Notes: generated by a model not told the origin, from the sequence alone. 61,046 bases of DNA from Candidatus Cloacimonadota bacterium (GCA_020532355.1 JAJBBD010000138.1:1-61046), one strand, 5' to 3'. Shown: positions 36,811-46,961, counted from the stretch's first letter. Numbers and translations: made by a program.

Positions 36811-37581
36811 TTAGTTGGATATGCCTCGTTCTGCATTCCTTACAAAATCTACAAAGACCTTCTGATACTCATCCAGTTCTATCTTTTCAGTTTCAGCAAG
36901 CGCTTGCGTAGTATTTAGTTTGCTACGGTAAAAGAGATTATAGATGGCTTTAATGCCGGCTATTGTTTCATTTGAAAAACCCTTTCGCATTAGTCCCACG
37001 CTGTTTAATCCTACAGTAAGATAAGGATTGCCCTGCCCGCGTGAAAACGGTACAATATCTTTTTTAACCGCTGATGCCCCTCCCACAAAGGCATGCGTTC
37101 CTATGTGCACAAATTGATGCACGGCTGTAACACCACCAATCGTGGCAAAATCGTGAATGTGAACATGACCGGCAAGCTGCACCACATTAGCAATTATGCA
37201 GCTACTTCCGATCTGACAATTATGTGCAACATGTACATATTCCATCAATAAGTTATTGCTACCCAGCACAGTATCTTCTTCCATTTGATTACTGCGATTT
37301 ATGGTAACAAACTCACGAAAAGTGTTGTTATCACCAATTCTTAAGCTGGTTGGTTCACCAGAAAACTTCAGATCTTGCGGATCTGTACCCAGTACCGCAT
37401 AAGAGAATATTTTATTGCCATTTCCAATGCTTGTATGTCCATCTAAAATCACGTTGTTGTGCAGAATATTATTCTCTCCTAAAACAACGTTTTCACCTAT
37501 CACACAATATGGGCCTATCTCACAATTAGCGCCTATAACTGCGCCTTTCTTTATTATCGCAGTGGGATGAATCTTACTCAT
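36811..37581 (-). CDS. lpxA: acyl-ACP--UDP-N-acetylglucosamine O-acyltransferase
   Basis: IHPTAII..GAVIG..CEIGPYCVIG hexapeptide repeats plus a helical C-terminal domain. lpxD-lpxC/fabZ-lpxA context. Confidence 0.9.
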   Translation of the reverse strand: MSKIHPTAIIKKGAVIGANCEIGPYCVIGENVVLGENNILHNNVILDGHTSIGNGNKIFSYAVLGTDPQDLKFSGEPTSLRIGDNNTFREFVTINRSNQMEEDTVLGSNNLLMEYVHVAHNCQIGSSCIIANVVQLAGHVHIHDFATIGGVTAVHQFVHIGTHAFVGGASAVKKDIVPFSRGQGNPYLTVGLNSVGLMRKGFSNETIAGIKAIYNLFYRSKLNTTQALAETEKIELDEYQKVFVDFVRNAERGISN

Positions 37582-38975
37582 ATACTCCTCTTGGTTATCA
37601 TCGCCATAAAATCTCCCTCGGCCACCTTCTCGCCGTTCACATAGGTATCTCCGTGCATCTTAGCTAAGGAACGTTTTAATGAAATAACCGTTAACTCGTA
37701 GCGCAAAGTATCCCCTGGCATCACTGGCTTCCGGAATTTCACATTGTCTATAGAGGCAAAATATGCCACATAATCCTGAGGATTATCCAATTGATTGAGC
37801 AACATGATGCCTCCGGCTTGTGCCATGCCTTCGATAATCAGCACTCCCGGCATTATGGGATGACCGGGAAAATGTCCCTGAAAGAACGGTTCATTGATCG
37901 TAACGTTTTTCATCCCAACGATGCTTTCACCGGGAACAAATTCCAGTATTTTATCTACTAAAAGGAAGGGGTAGCGATGCGGTATGATGCGCATAATGGC
38001 GTTGATGTCGAATACTACTTCTTTGCTTTTGGTTTTCTGATAGATCTTTTGCAGTTCTTGCTTCTTCTGAATTTGACGCAGTTTTTTTACCAATTCCACA
38101 TTGGTCTTATGCCCGCTGCGCGCAGCTAGGATGTGCCCTTTAATTGGCACTCCTAATAGCATGATGTCGCCTAAAAGATCACATACTTTATGACGGACAA
38201 ATTCGTTGTAATAACGTAATGGATGGCTGTTTAGAATACCTTCTGAAGATACTGTTACTTTTTCATGATAACCAAAAACGTCTTGTAAATGTTTAAGCTC
38301 TTCATCGCTAATACCAGGTTCTGCTATTACCAGCGCATTCTCTAAGGAACCGCCTTTTATAAGCCCCATTTCTTTTAGCTGTAATATCTCTTTGATAAAA
38401 CAAAAAGTGCGGGCACCAGCAAATTCCTTCTCGTAAACATCAATATTGGGTAACCATGTGTATTGAGTGCCCAAATAGGGATGCTTGTAGTCTATCATAA
38501 AAGTAACTTTAAGTTCATTAGAGGGCACTATCACCACATCCACATTCTCTTTAGGGGCCGAGAAACTAATGGGACCCTCTATTTCAAAATATATTCTCTC
38601 GCTGTCTTGCTGAATCTTTCCCGCTTGCTTTAGCAAGTTAAAAAAAACGATGGGGCTGCCATCAGCAACAGGAGCTTCGGGGCCATCAATTTCTATGCGG
38701 ATGTTATCCAGATTCAAACCTTTAATCGCAGATAATACGTGTTCTATTGTGCCAACCGTTGCGCCGTTCACACCTATAGTGGTTCCTCTGGATATATCTA
38801 CAACATGATCTATGTCCGCTGGAATTTCTGGTTTATCTGGCAAATCTACCCTTATGAATACAATGCCATCATCACTACCGGCGGGTTTGAATCTTATGGT
38901 GGATATTTCTCCGCTATGTAAACCAATTCCGGTGTAAGATACCTCAGAACCTATAGTGTGTTTGTACTCTGTCAT
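37578..38975 (-). CDS. lpxC/fabZ: bifunctional UDP-3-O-acyl-GlcNAc deacetylase / 3-hydroxyacyl-ACP dehydratase (LpxC-FabZ fusion)
   Basis: ORF-track frame trimmed to the Met at 38975 (MTEYKHTIG...), which forms an ATGA overlap with the lpxD stop. LpxC-like N-terminal half (TIEHVLSA, HKTNVELV). FabZ C-terminal half (PHRYPFLLVDKI, FFQGHFPGHPIMPGVL). Confidence 0.9.
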   Translation of the reverse strand: MTEYKHTIGSEVSYTGIGLHSGEISTIRFKPAGSDDGIVFIRVDLPDKPEIPADIDHVVDISRGTTIGVNGATVGTIEHVLSAIKGLNLDNIRIEIDGPEAPVADGSPIVFFNLLKQAGKIQQDSERIYFEIEGPISFSAPKENVDVVIVPSNELKVTFMIDYKHPYLGTQYTWLPNIDVYEKEFAGARTFCFIKEILQLKEMGLIKGGSLENALVIAEPGISDEELKHLQDVFGYHEKVTVSSEGILNSHPLRYYNEFVRHKVCDLLGDIMLLGVPIKGHILAARSGHKTNVELVKKLRQIQKKQELQKIYQKTKSKEVVFDINAIMRIIPHRYPFLLVDKILEFVPGESIVGMKNVTINEPFFQGHFPGHPIMPGVLIIEGMAQAGGIMLLNQLDNPQDYVAYFASIDNVKFRKPVMPGDTLRYELTVISLKRSLAKMHGDTYVNGEKVAEGDFMAMITKRSI

Positions 38976-40009
38976 TGATCTCTTTCCTTGAGTCTTTTTT
39001 GATAGTCTCGAAGCATGTCTGGAAGGTGTTTTTGTGCCACAAACACACGCTTCATCTGATTTGCATCCCCAGCGGGTGTACCAAATAGTCTGGCCCCCGC
39101 GGGAACATTTCCGGCAATACCACTTTGAGCTCCAACCATTGCCCTTGAGCCTATTGTGATATGCCCTGCGGCTCCAACCTGCCCGGCAAGATAAACATAA
39201 TCTCCCACAATTGTACTGCCGGCTAAACCAACTTGCGCACAAAGTACGCTGTTTTCACCAATCACGCAATTGTGCCCTACTTGAACCAGATTGTCTATCT
39301 TCGTGCCTTTCCCAATAACTGTTGAGCCCAAAGTTGCACGGTCTACAGTACTATTGGCACCAATCTCCACATCATCATGGACTACCACATTCCCAACTTG
39401 AGGAATCTTGGTTTGGCGACCGTCAAGTACCAAATATCCAAATCCATCAGCACCCAAAACAACTCCACTGTGAATCTCACAGTTCTTGCCAAGCACCGTA
39501 TCATCATATATGCAAACTTGATTGTGAATGATACTCCCTGCTCCAATAGATACTTTTTTGCCGATGTTACAACCAGACCCAATGCGTACACCCTTGCCCA
39601 AAGTAGTACAAGCTTCAATCACGCTATAGGCACCAATGGCTACTTCACCCTCGAATCTGGCTTCTGGATCGATAATGGCAGTAGGATGAATGCGATACTC
39701 TACTTCTCCTGCATCGAGACTAAGCCAATAAGAAACAAGCTTCATGAAGCTAAAGTACGGTTTTTCACAAACAATAACATTGCGGTTTTCAAAATGTGCA
39801 GCAAAAGCATCATTGGTAAGGATTAGTCCTGCTTGGGATTGTCTAAGTGTTTCCACCAACCTATCTTGCTCGCAGAAAACAACCGATCGCGCATTTGCTT
39901 CGCTTACTTCGCAAACATTATCCAGTTTGAGTGTTTGCTTTGAGTGTCCTTCGCCCCCAGTAACGGCAACAATTTCATCGATTGCTAAGGCGTGTTTAAA
40001 CAGTTTCAT
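38972..40009 (-). CDS. lpxD: UDP-3-O-acylglucosamine N-acyltransferase
   Basis: Long run of hexapeptide (LbH) repeats. IHPTAIIDPEA start of the LbH domain. Operon context. Confidence 0.9.
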   Translation of the reverse strand: MKLFKHALAIDEIVAVTGGEGHSKQTLKLDNVCEVSEANARSVVFCEQDRLVETLRQSQAGLILTNDAFAAHFENRNVIVCEKPYFSFMKLVSYWLSLDAGEVEYRIHPTAIIDPEARFEGEVAIGAYSVIEACTTLGKGVRIGSGCNIGKKVSIGAGSIIHNQVCIYDDTVLGKNCEIHSGVVLGADGFGYLVLDGRQTKIPQVGNVVVHDDVEIGANSTVDRATLGSTVIGKGTKIDNLVQVGHNCVIGENSVLCAQVGLAGSTIVGDYVYLAGQVGAAGHITIGSRAMVGAQSGIAGNVPAGARLFGTPAGDANQMKRVFVAQKHLPDMLRDYQKRLKERDQ

Positions 40010-40011
40010 AA

Positions 40012-40668
40012 TCAGGGTTGTTTTTCTTCCGGCTTATAATCTGAGTTGAAGTCGTCCGTAAAGCCCCCGAACCCTTCCATATTCTTGTCTGCAAAAGGAT
40101 CTTTGGGTGGCTCTGTTCCAGCTTTCGGTTCTTCCGTGCTTTCACTGGGAGGAATAGTATCCTTATTCAGTTCCTGCAACACCTGATCGGTTAGATCGAT
40201 TGCAGGTGACGCATACAGCACAACGCCCATGCTTACATCCAAGATCATGGTATACTTTTCGTCTTCGGCAATTTTGGTGATAATATCATGAATCTTTTTT
40301 GTAAGAGGCTCGATGAGTTCACGGTAGCGCTGTTCAGCTCTGCCATTTTCACCAAAGTATTCTTCCAAAAGTCTTCCAGCTTCTTCTTTTTTGCTATCTA
40401 TCTGACCCTGTAGCTCTCGTTTACTGGCTTCACTAATAGATAGACGGCGTATCTCGAAATCACGTTCCATCTGTTTGATCTCTTCATCCAAAGAGCGAAT
40501 CTGATTGCTCCAGTTTTGTCTGTCGAGCTGGAATAATCTGGCAATCTCAGCCGCTTCATTGCTATCGAACAGAATTTGATCGGTATTTACGTACCCAAGC
40601 TTGGCATTCTGTGCATATATAGCTGCAATGCTTAAAAGTGCGAGTATTAATATGCTAAGTCTTTTCAT
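40012..40668 (-). CDS. skp: OmpH/Skp-family periplasmic chaperone
   Basis: Signal peptide, KLGYVNTDQIL start and coiled-coil-rich body. Sits immediately upstream of lpxD as in many diderms. Confidence 0.8.
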   Translation of the reverse strand: MKRLSILILALLSIAAIYAQNAKLGYVNTDQILFDSNEAAEIARLFQLDRQNWSNQIRSLDEEIKQMERDFEIRRLSISEASKRELQGQIDSKKEEAGRLLEEYFGENGRAEQRYRELIEPLTKKIHDIITKIAEDEKYTMILDVSMGVVLYASPAIDLTDQVLQELNKDTIPPSESTEEPKAGTEPPKDPFADKNMEGFGGFTDDFNSDYKPEEKQP

Positions 40669-40686
40669 TAATTCTCCTGTAAAATA

Positions 40687-42141
40687 TTATTCCCCAATCT
40701 TAAAGATTGGATCTAGTTCTTTTACGGCACGTACGTCATCCACTCTCCTAACCGGTGTGGTAATTGGTGCCTCATGTAGTAATTCCGGATTTTGCTCCGC
40801 TTCCTGCGCTATTTCTATCATCGCCTGAGCAAATGCATTTAGTGATTCCAAGCTTTCAGTTTCGGTGGGCTCAATCATCATTGCCTCTGGTATGATTAGA
40901 GGAAAATACACTGTTGGAGCATGAAATCCCTTATCCAACAAACGCTTGGCAATATCCAAGGTACTTACCCCTTTCTCTTTCTTCTGTTTGCTTCCATCTG
41001 CAACAAATTCGTGCATACAATATTCCTGATGCTGTATGTGATAATAATCTTTGAGCATAGCCATTAAATAATTGGCGTTAATAATGGCGTTTTCGCTTAC
41101 TCTGCGCAATCCTTCTGCTCCCAGCATCTTTATATATATATAGGCGCGCACCAATACCGCAAAGTTTCCGTAGAAAGTGTGCACTTTCCCGATTGATGTG
41201 CTTTTATGTGCATAATCCAGATGGTAACCGGCATCATCTTTGCTGATGGTGGGAACGGGCAAATAGGGAATCAGTTTTTCTACAACCCCCACAGGACCAG
41301 CTCCGGGTCCGCCACCGCCATGAGGGGTGGAAAAGGTTTTATGCAGGTTGAAGTGCATGATGTCAAAACCGATCTTTCCGGGTTGAACGATGCCCAAAAG
41401 CGCATTTAGATTAGCCCCATCCATATAGATCAGGGCATCAACGCTGTGCATAATTTCCGCGATCTCTTCAATCTGAGTTTCGAACAAACCCAGAGTATTG
41501 GGATTTGTAAGCATAAATCCGGCCGTGTTTTCATCCACCAATTCACGCAGACGAGCGATATCACAACGCCCTGCGGCATTAGATTTTAGCTCTATCACAT
41601 CATACCCCACTAAGTGACAAGTAGCAGGATTTGTGCCATGCGCACTATCTGGAATGATTATCTTTGTTTTATTCGTATTTCCTTTGGCCTTATGATAGGC
41701 ATCGATGATCTTGATGCCAGTAAATTCGCCCTGTGCTCCAGCTACTGGTTGCAAGGTCACTTTTGCCATACCGGATATCTCAGCAAGATCTTGCTGAAGC
41801 TCATAAAGAAGTTCCAATGCCCCTTGCAGTGTGCTTTCATGCTGATAGGGATGAATATTGGCAAAACAACTGTGTCTTGCCAGTAATTCATGAATCTTAG
41901 GGTTATATTTCATCGTACAGCTACCCAAAGGGTACAATCCTTTTTCGATGAAGTGGTTCTGCTGCGAAAGCTTAATGTAATGACGCATCACGTCCAGTTC
42001 ACTCAGTTCCGGCATACGAGCCGCTTTCTCCCGATGAAATTTGACAGGAATGATTTTGTCTAACGGAGTATCGATCTCGCGAGGAGGCAAAGTTACACCT
42101 CTGCGACCAACAGATGTATATTCAAAAATCGTCTTAGGCAT
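40687..42141 (-). CDS. gcvPB: glycine dehydrogenase (aminomethyl-transferring) subunit 2
   Basis: HFNLHKTFSTPHGGGGPGAGP PLP-lysine region. 484 aa. Confidence 0.9.
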   Translation of the reverse strand: MPKTIFEYTSVGRRGVTLPPREIDTPLDKIIPVKFHREKAARMPELSELDVMRHYIKLSQQNHFIEKGLYPLGSCTMKYNPKIHELLARHSCFANIHPYQHESTLQGALELLYELQQDLAEISGMAKVTLQPVAGAQGEFTGIKIIDAYHKAKGNTNKTKIIIPDSAHGTNPATCHLVGYDVIELKSNAAGRCDIARLRELVDENTAGFMLTNPNTLGLFETQIEEIAEIMHSVDALIYMDGANLNALLGIVQPGKIGFDIMHFNLHKTFSTPHGGGGPGAGPVGVVEKLIPYLPVPTISKDDAGYHLDYAHKSTSIGKVHTFYGNFAVLVRAYIYIKMLGAEGLRRVSENAIINANYLMAMLKDYYHIQHQEYCMHEFVADGSKQKKEKGVSTLDIAKRLLDKGFHAPTVYFPLIIPEAMMIEPTETESLESLNAFAQAMIEIAQEAEQNPELLHEAPITTPVRRVDDVRAVKELDPIFKIGE

Positions 42142-43468
42142 GGCACACCTCCTGCATCGCTTTTACAAAATCATCAATTGCAGCTTTGCTCTTCTTTTCC
42201 GTAACTGCCATCATCAATTCGTTTGTTCCTACCTCCACACCAGCGTATATGCCGTGAAGAAGCATCTTTTCAATGATAACTTTAGCTGGTTTAGGGCTTG
42301 TTATCACAAACTCTTTGAAGAAACTAGCAGCAGGATATTTTAGTTCTATTCCATTTATCTTGCAAAGCTCTTCTGCCAAATAGTGAGCTTTTTGTGTGCT
42401 TTGAATAGCTACTTCCCGCAAGCCTTCACGCCCCATCAGGCTCATATAGACGGTTGCAGCTAGAGTACATAGCGATTGATTGGAGCAAATGTTTGAGGTT
42501 GCTTTTGCTCTGCGGATATGCTGTTCACGGGCTTGCAGAGTAAGCACATAGGCTTTGTTACCATCTTTATCTAAAGTTCCACCAACTATACGACCCGGCA
42601 TTTGACGGTTCATTTCCAGCTTTGTGGCAAAGAAACCAAACAGCGGTCCACCCATATACATGCTATTGCCCAAAGCCTGCCCTTCGCCAACCACTATATC
42701 CGCTTGATACTCTGATGGTGCATTAAGAATCGCCAACGAAATTGGGTCTACTGCGGCAATCAACAGGCAATTTTCCTGAGTGTGAACCATTTCAGAGATT
42801 TCAGATGTATCTTCTATATTACCAAAGTAATTTGGGCTTTGCACCACTACAGATCCAACGCTTTCATCAAGCATCCGCTGCAATGCTGCCAAATCTGTTA
42901 AGCCGTCTTTTGCTGGAATAGTAACAAGTTCCACTCCTGCGCCTTGAGTATAGGATTCTATAACTTTTACAAATTCCGGATTCAATGTGGAGGGCAATAG
43001 AGCTTTTTCCAGTTTATTTTTGCGCACAGCCATCAGAATAGCCTCTGCAATTGCGCTGGCACCGTCATACATCGACGCATTGGCAATTTCCATGCCGGTA
43101 AGCTCGCAAATCATGGTCTGATATTCATAGATAAATTGCAACGTACCTTGGCTAACTTCAGCTTGATAGGGGGTATAGGCCGTAAAGAACTCCGGGCGCG
43201 ATACGATAGTATCTACCGCAGCGGGAATAAAGTGATCATACACTCCAGCGCCCAAGAAAGAATTGGCAGATTGAGCGCAGAGATTCTTACAGGTCTGCCC
43301 CTTGATCTTTTCGCTGATCTCCATTTCGGAGAGAGCTCTATCCAGTTTTAAGCCGCCCTTTATGCGGAATTTGGCAGGAATAGCATGGATAAGTTCGTCA
43401 AAATTATTCACTCCGATTTTGGCAAACATCTCCCGTCTATCTCTATCAGTATTAGAAATATACGGCAT
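42134..43468 (-). CDS. gcvPA: glycine dehydrogenase (aminomethyl-transferring) subunit 1
   Basis: YTPYQAEVSQGTLQ..., typical size (444 aa), and an 8-nt overlap with gcvPB. Confidence 0.9.
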   Translation of the reverse strand: MPYISNTDRDRREMFAKIGVNNFDELIHAIPAKFRIKGGLKLDRALSEMEISEKIKGQTCKNLCAQSANSFLGAGVYDHFIPAAVDTIVSRPEFFTAYTPYQAEVSQGTLQFIYEYQTMICELTGMEIANASMYDGASAIAEAILMAVRKNKLEKALLPSTLNPEFVKVIESYTQGAGVELVTIPAKDGLTDLAALQRMLDESVGSVVVQSPNYFGNIEDTSEISEMVHTQENCLLIAAVDPISLAILNAPSEYQADIVVGEGQALGNSMYMGGPLFGFFATKLEMNRQMPGRIVGGTLDKDGNKAYVLTLQAREQHIRRAKATSNICSNQSLCTLAATVYMSLMGREGLREVAIQSTQKAHYLAEELCKINGIELKYPAASFFKEFVITSPKPAKVIIEKMLLHGIYAGVEVGTNELMMAVTEKKSKAAIDDFVKAMQEVCHA

Positions 43469-43770
43469 TTGTGCTCCTTTTTACCGCTTGGTAAAATAGT
43501 ATTTTTTCCACGCTTTCGAATTGGCTGTTTATGTCAATGGAATTCTACGAGCCTGTCGAGCATGGACGAGCACTTTTGGCTATTATAATTTATAGGATTC
43601 ATCTTGATATCAAATAATATCGATAAAGTGTCTGAAAAACTGCAAACTGAGAAAAAGTACTACTGTGAGATTGATTTTTGAACTAATATTTTCATAGTTG
43701 TTCAACTATGTTACCATGCTATGAAGCATTCTCAATATTCTTGCAAGCAAAAGGATAATGATTGGGACAT

Positions 43771-43935
43771 CCTTATGCACTCACGGCAGAACCATAAATC
43801 TGTAGAGCGGGTAAAGGTGGTTGGTATGGCATGATTTTTATTCCCTAACGATTGCAGGCCTTTTCATAAAAGCATTTGCGATACTTCAGCCAACCAAGAG
43901 ATTGCCGGATCCACCATATCTCCCTCATCACCTTA
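43771..43935 (+). repeat. divergent copy of the dispersed repeat (copy E) with an expanded central loop
   Basis: CCTTATGCACTCACGGCAGAAC matches the 5' extension of copy A (CCTTATGACTCAC..GCAGAAC). AAGGTGGTTGGTATGGCAT ... GCCAACCAAGAGAT reproduces the central inverted repeat with a longer loop. Confidence 0.45.
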
Positions 43936-44078
43936 AGTATATTTCAAGCATGATTTAGGCAGGGATTCTCCTTTGCTCACAGGATGATGTCTGCTTAAAG
44001 CTTCGCTAGTGTTTACTTGAAAGAATGGGAAAACCACATGTAGTTATAAAAAAAAAGTAAACCCACTCCCAAATACAA

Positions 44079-44205
44079 GACCGTTGAATAGGCGGATACC
44101 AATATTACACGGGTGGTGAGTGAGCATAGATGCGATCCGAAGAAGCCCACCAAACCGATGTCTTGCACATAGATAATCTGCTATAGATAGATGTGCAACG
44201 GTCTC
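44079..44205 (+). repeat. dispersed intergenic repeat, copy D
   Basis: GACCGTTGAATAGG, TATTACACGGGTGGTGAGTGAGCATAG..GCGATC..GAAGCCCACCAAACCGATGT, ATAATCTGCTATAGATAGATGTGCAACGGTCTC. Lacks the first small hairpin of copy A. Confidence 0.7.
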
Positions 44206-44228
44206 TAAGCGCTCTATTTCAAACACTT

Positions 44229-44261
44229 AAAAAGCCCATCCCCTCTCGGAGACAGGCTTTT
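44229..44261 (-). terminator. rho-independent terminator after the AOR gene
   Basis: The minus strand reads AGCCTGTCTCC-gaga-GGGGATGGGCT (11 bp with G-U pairs) followed by TTTTT. Confidence 0.6.
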
Positions 44262-44280
44262 CATGTTATATTTTTCTGAT

Positions 44281-46419
44281 TTACAGGAAGCGTTTTACCA
44301 CTTCTATCACTTCCGGTAGATCCATGCCTATATTTTTAAGATGTTCCAAAGTCGGCACGCCTTCTTTGGTCCAGCCCTTACGTTCATAAACGGCATCGAC
44401 CAGTTGTTCATATTGATTTTCGCGATGCTTGCGGGTAATATCCATCTTTTCGGCTACGGATTTTCCGGCGGGGTCCACGCCAATCTTCTCTTTCAGAAGG
44501 TTATCGTAGCGTTCTTGGCGAGATATATACTCTTCCTCAGTAACAGGACCAACTGCGCGATACGGCGGCATATCGTCCTCGCGACGACCTCCACCCATTC
44601 TCATGCAGAAGACCTTCTGAAAATTATAAACCCTTTCACTTTGACGAATCAGCTCGTGTTTATCCATCGGTTTACCGGTGACGGCTTTATAGATATCCAC
44701 ATAGTTCTGCACGTGTTCAGGTACCTTTGCCGGTTCGTCGGTCTGAGCGTTATCGGAAGGCTCGATGTCGTTCCACGGCAATTTACATAATCCCTGCAAG
44801 CCAAACCAGGTACGAAACATGGGAAAATAATGCAAAGCTTCGGCTTTATCTTTGAATGTAGGAATTTGATTATTGACCATATCCATAAAAATTAACCAAG
44901 CTTCGTCGTGTTGCGGGCCTTTGAGCGCTAAAGTATATCCACCTTGTTGAGCCAGAGATTCTTTGCTCATATATTGGGAATATTCCAATCCTTTTGCTTC
45001 CATACCGATGTCTTGCAAAAACTGAGGATCAGCGCCATACATTTCGGCAAAGATCTTCTTCATGCGGCGTACGCCTTGACCTACGATCATGCCAAACCCT
45101 TCGCCGCGAGCCATTTGGTGAAGGATCTCCAAAGCGGCATCGGCATTGCCCCATGTGAGTTCCAAACCTCCGGTACGTTCTTTATTTAAAATACCGTTTT
45201 CGTAGCATTCCATAGCGAATGCTACGCTGGTGCCAAAAGAGATCGTATCCACACCATAGGTGTCACAATAAAAGTTGATTTCCACCACATCTTTGGGATC
45301 CCATACGCAGATATTTGAACCACAACCGCCGGCAGTCTCGTATTCGGGACCATCAACCGTTACGGGCTGGCCTTTGTAAGGACCGGTGCGTGGTTTGAAG
45401 TTATCCACCGCCTTACAGCAGGAAAGCGAGCAACCAAACCAGCAGCCATCTGCCATCCCTTGGGTAAAGAGCTTGGTAAATTCGCGAGAGTGCAATCCTT
45501 CGGCTTCGGGCATCTGACCGTATTTAAAGTTCTTGATGGGCAAAAGGTCATAATCGTTCATGATCTCCATCAAGTGAGCAGTGCCAACCTGATGCATGCG
45601 GCATTGAGAGTCATCTCCAGCTTCAATTTCTTTGTGGAGCTTGAGCCCGGTTTTCTGCAGAGAGGGCAAGTCTGCGGGATTGTTGGTATCCACTTTAAGA
45701 CCGGAATATTTCACCACTAAGGCTTTGATCTTTTTGTGTCTGAAAGCAGTACCCGTACCGCCGCGTCCGGCTTGTTTAAGGCGGGCAACCTTGCGGCGTT
45801 TATCCCAAAACGAGAAGTTCAGACAAGTAATAAGGACATTATCCGCCGCCTGTCCCGAAGAAACCACCGATACGTTCTGCATCTTGTCTTCACTATCGGC
45901 AAATTCTTTGTGCAAGGATTCTGCAAGCAAGTGACTATTGATTTCTTCATCAGGTGCACTCATAATCTTTACAATTCCTTTGTCGCCGTCGATATATACA
46001 ATAACCTCTTCATCGGCAATGCCTTGCAATTCCAGAGCATCAAAGCCGGCAAACTTGCAATAGGGACCAAAGTGCCCCCCTACGTTGCAATCCACCGGAA
46101 TGCCAGTTAAGGGGGATATTGTTGTAACAATGGACTTTCCGCTGCCAGGATATGAGGTGTTTCCACAAAGCGGTCCAAACGATATGCAGACTTCATTTTC
46201 GGGATCGTTCCATTTGGTGTTATCTTTTACACCATGCCACATCAAATAGAGGTCAAAGCCCTTGCCACCCGTGAATTTATCGATCATCATGTTGCTTACT
46301 GGCTTTTCTTTGATTTCTTTTGTGCCCACGTTAACATATAAGGTGCGGCGGTTATATCCTTTTTCGATAGGTTTTAAAGTGTAACGGTATTCAGCCAAAA
46401 CTTTCCGGTTCATCATCAT
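44281..46419 (-). CDS. aldehyde:ferredoxin oxidoreductase family (tungsto/molybdopterin) enzyme, long YdhV-like form
   Basis: AFOR N- and C-terminal domain pattern. 712 aa. Immediately downstream of a poly-ferredoxin. Confidence 0.85.
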   Translation of the reverse strand: MMMNRKVLAEYRYTLKPIEKGYNRRTLYVNVGTKEIKEKPVSNMMIDKFTGGKGFDLYLMWHGVKDNTKWNDPENEVCISFGPLCGNTSYPGSGKSIVTTISPLTGIPVDCNVGGHFGPYCKFAGFDALELQGIADEEVIVYIDGDKGIVKIMSAPDEEINSHLLAESLHKEFADSEDKMQNVSVVSSGQAADNVLITCLNFSFWDKRRKVARLKQAGRGGTGTAFRHKKIKALVVKYSGLKVDTNNPADLPSLQKTGLKLHKEIEAGDDSQCRMHQVGTAHLMEIMNDYDLLPIKNFKYGQMPEAEGLHSREFTKLFTQGMADGCWFGCSLSCCKAVDNFKPRTGPYKGQPVTVDGPEYETAGGCGSNICVWDPKDVVEINFYCDTYGVDTISFGTSVAFAMECYENGILNKERTGGLELTWGNADAALEILHQMARGEGFGMIVGQGVRRMKKIFAEMYGADPQFLQDIGMEAKGLEYSQYMSKESLAQQGGYTLALKGPQHDEAWLIFMDMVNNQIPTFKDKAEALHYFPMFRTWFGLQGLCKLPWNDIEPSDNAQTDEPAKVPEHVQNYVDIYKAVTGKPMDKHELIRQSERVYNFQKVFCMRMGGGRREDDMPPYRAVGPVTEEEYISRQERYDNLLKEKIGVDPAGKSVAEKMDITRKHRENQYEQLVDAVYERKGWTKEGVPTLEHLKNIGMDLPEVIEVVKRFL

Positions 46420-46425
46420 ATCTCC

Positions 46426-46809
46426 TTATACCTCTACTATTTCCAGTGCTTCTGCGGGGCAAGTTTTCACACAGGCTCCGCAAGCAATGCACTTGAATGG
46501 GTTATGCTTGCCAAAAGCTGTACGCATGCTGTTTGTAGGGCATACTGCCACGCACATCAAACATCCGATGCAAAGGTTACGGGAAAGCATCACTACACCT
46601 TGTTTGTTTACAGTAAGTGCCATAGTGGGGCAAACTGCCACACAGGCTTGACATTGGTTGCACACATTCATTTGGGGGGGATTTGTTTCGTCATGAATTT
46701 GGATGCAAGATAGTTCGGGATTGTCTTCTTTAAAATAGAGATTAGAACAAGTGCTCTCACACACGTGGCACGAGATACACTTATCCGGATAAGTTTTCAG
46801 CATTTTCAT
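46426..46809 (-). CDS. 4Fe-4S ferredoxin with four CxxCxxCxxxC motifs
   Basis: CISCHVCESTC, CNQCQACVAVC, CIGCLMCVAVC, CIACGACVKTC. Confidence 0.85.
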   Translation of the reverse strand: MKMLKTYPDKCISCHVCESTCSNLYFKEDNPELSCIQIHDETNPPQMNVCNQCQACVAVCPTMALTVNKQGVVMLSRNLCIGCLMCVAVCPTNSMRTAFGKHNPFKCIACGACVKTCPAEALEIVEV

Positions 46810-46961
46810 CGCCTTATGCTCCTATGAATTATATGATTATCTATTGGTGACAACTTTATGTAAGAGCATTTAGTGGTCAATCATAATCTTTGTAGATAAC
46901 TTAATTAAAGATTTTGGCTTGACAGAAAGACGCCGTTTTACAGATTGGCAACACTGTTTGT

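Noticed and set aside
38976-39242. 89-aa N-terminal extension of the lpxC/fabZ ORF in the ORF track
   Set aside because: The extension overlaps lpxD in another frame and is Cys/Arg/Trp-rich nonsense. The Met at 38975 begins canonical LpxC sequence and forms an ATGA junction with lpxD.
39322-40049. Several 69-149-aa ORFs on both strands inside lpxD
   Set aside because: The repetitive hexapeptide-coding DNA of lpxD keeps alternative frames open. None has motifs or an RBS.
43469-43700. Expected glycine riboswitch upstream of gcvPA
   Set aside because: Reading the minus strand, I could not find the conserved glycine-aptamer core sequences. Only a promoter-like TTGACA and an AAAGGAG RBS are visible. 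A covariance-model scan is needed to be sure.
44044-44226. 60-aa minus-strand ORF
   Set aside because: It lies within repeat copy D and has no RBS. It is explained by the repeat.
44341-46110. Multiple 80-150-aa plus-strand ORFs
   Set aside because: All are antisense to the AOR gene and show no independent support.
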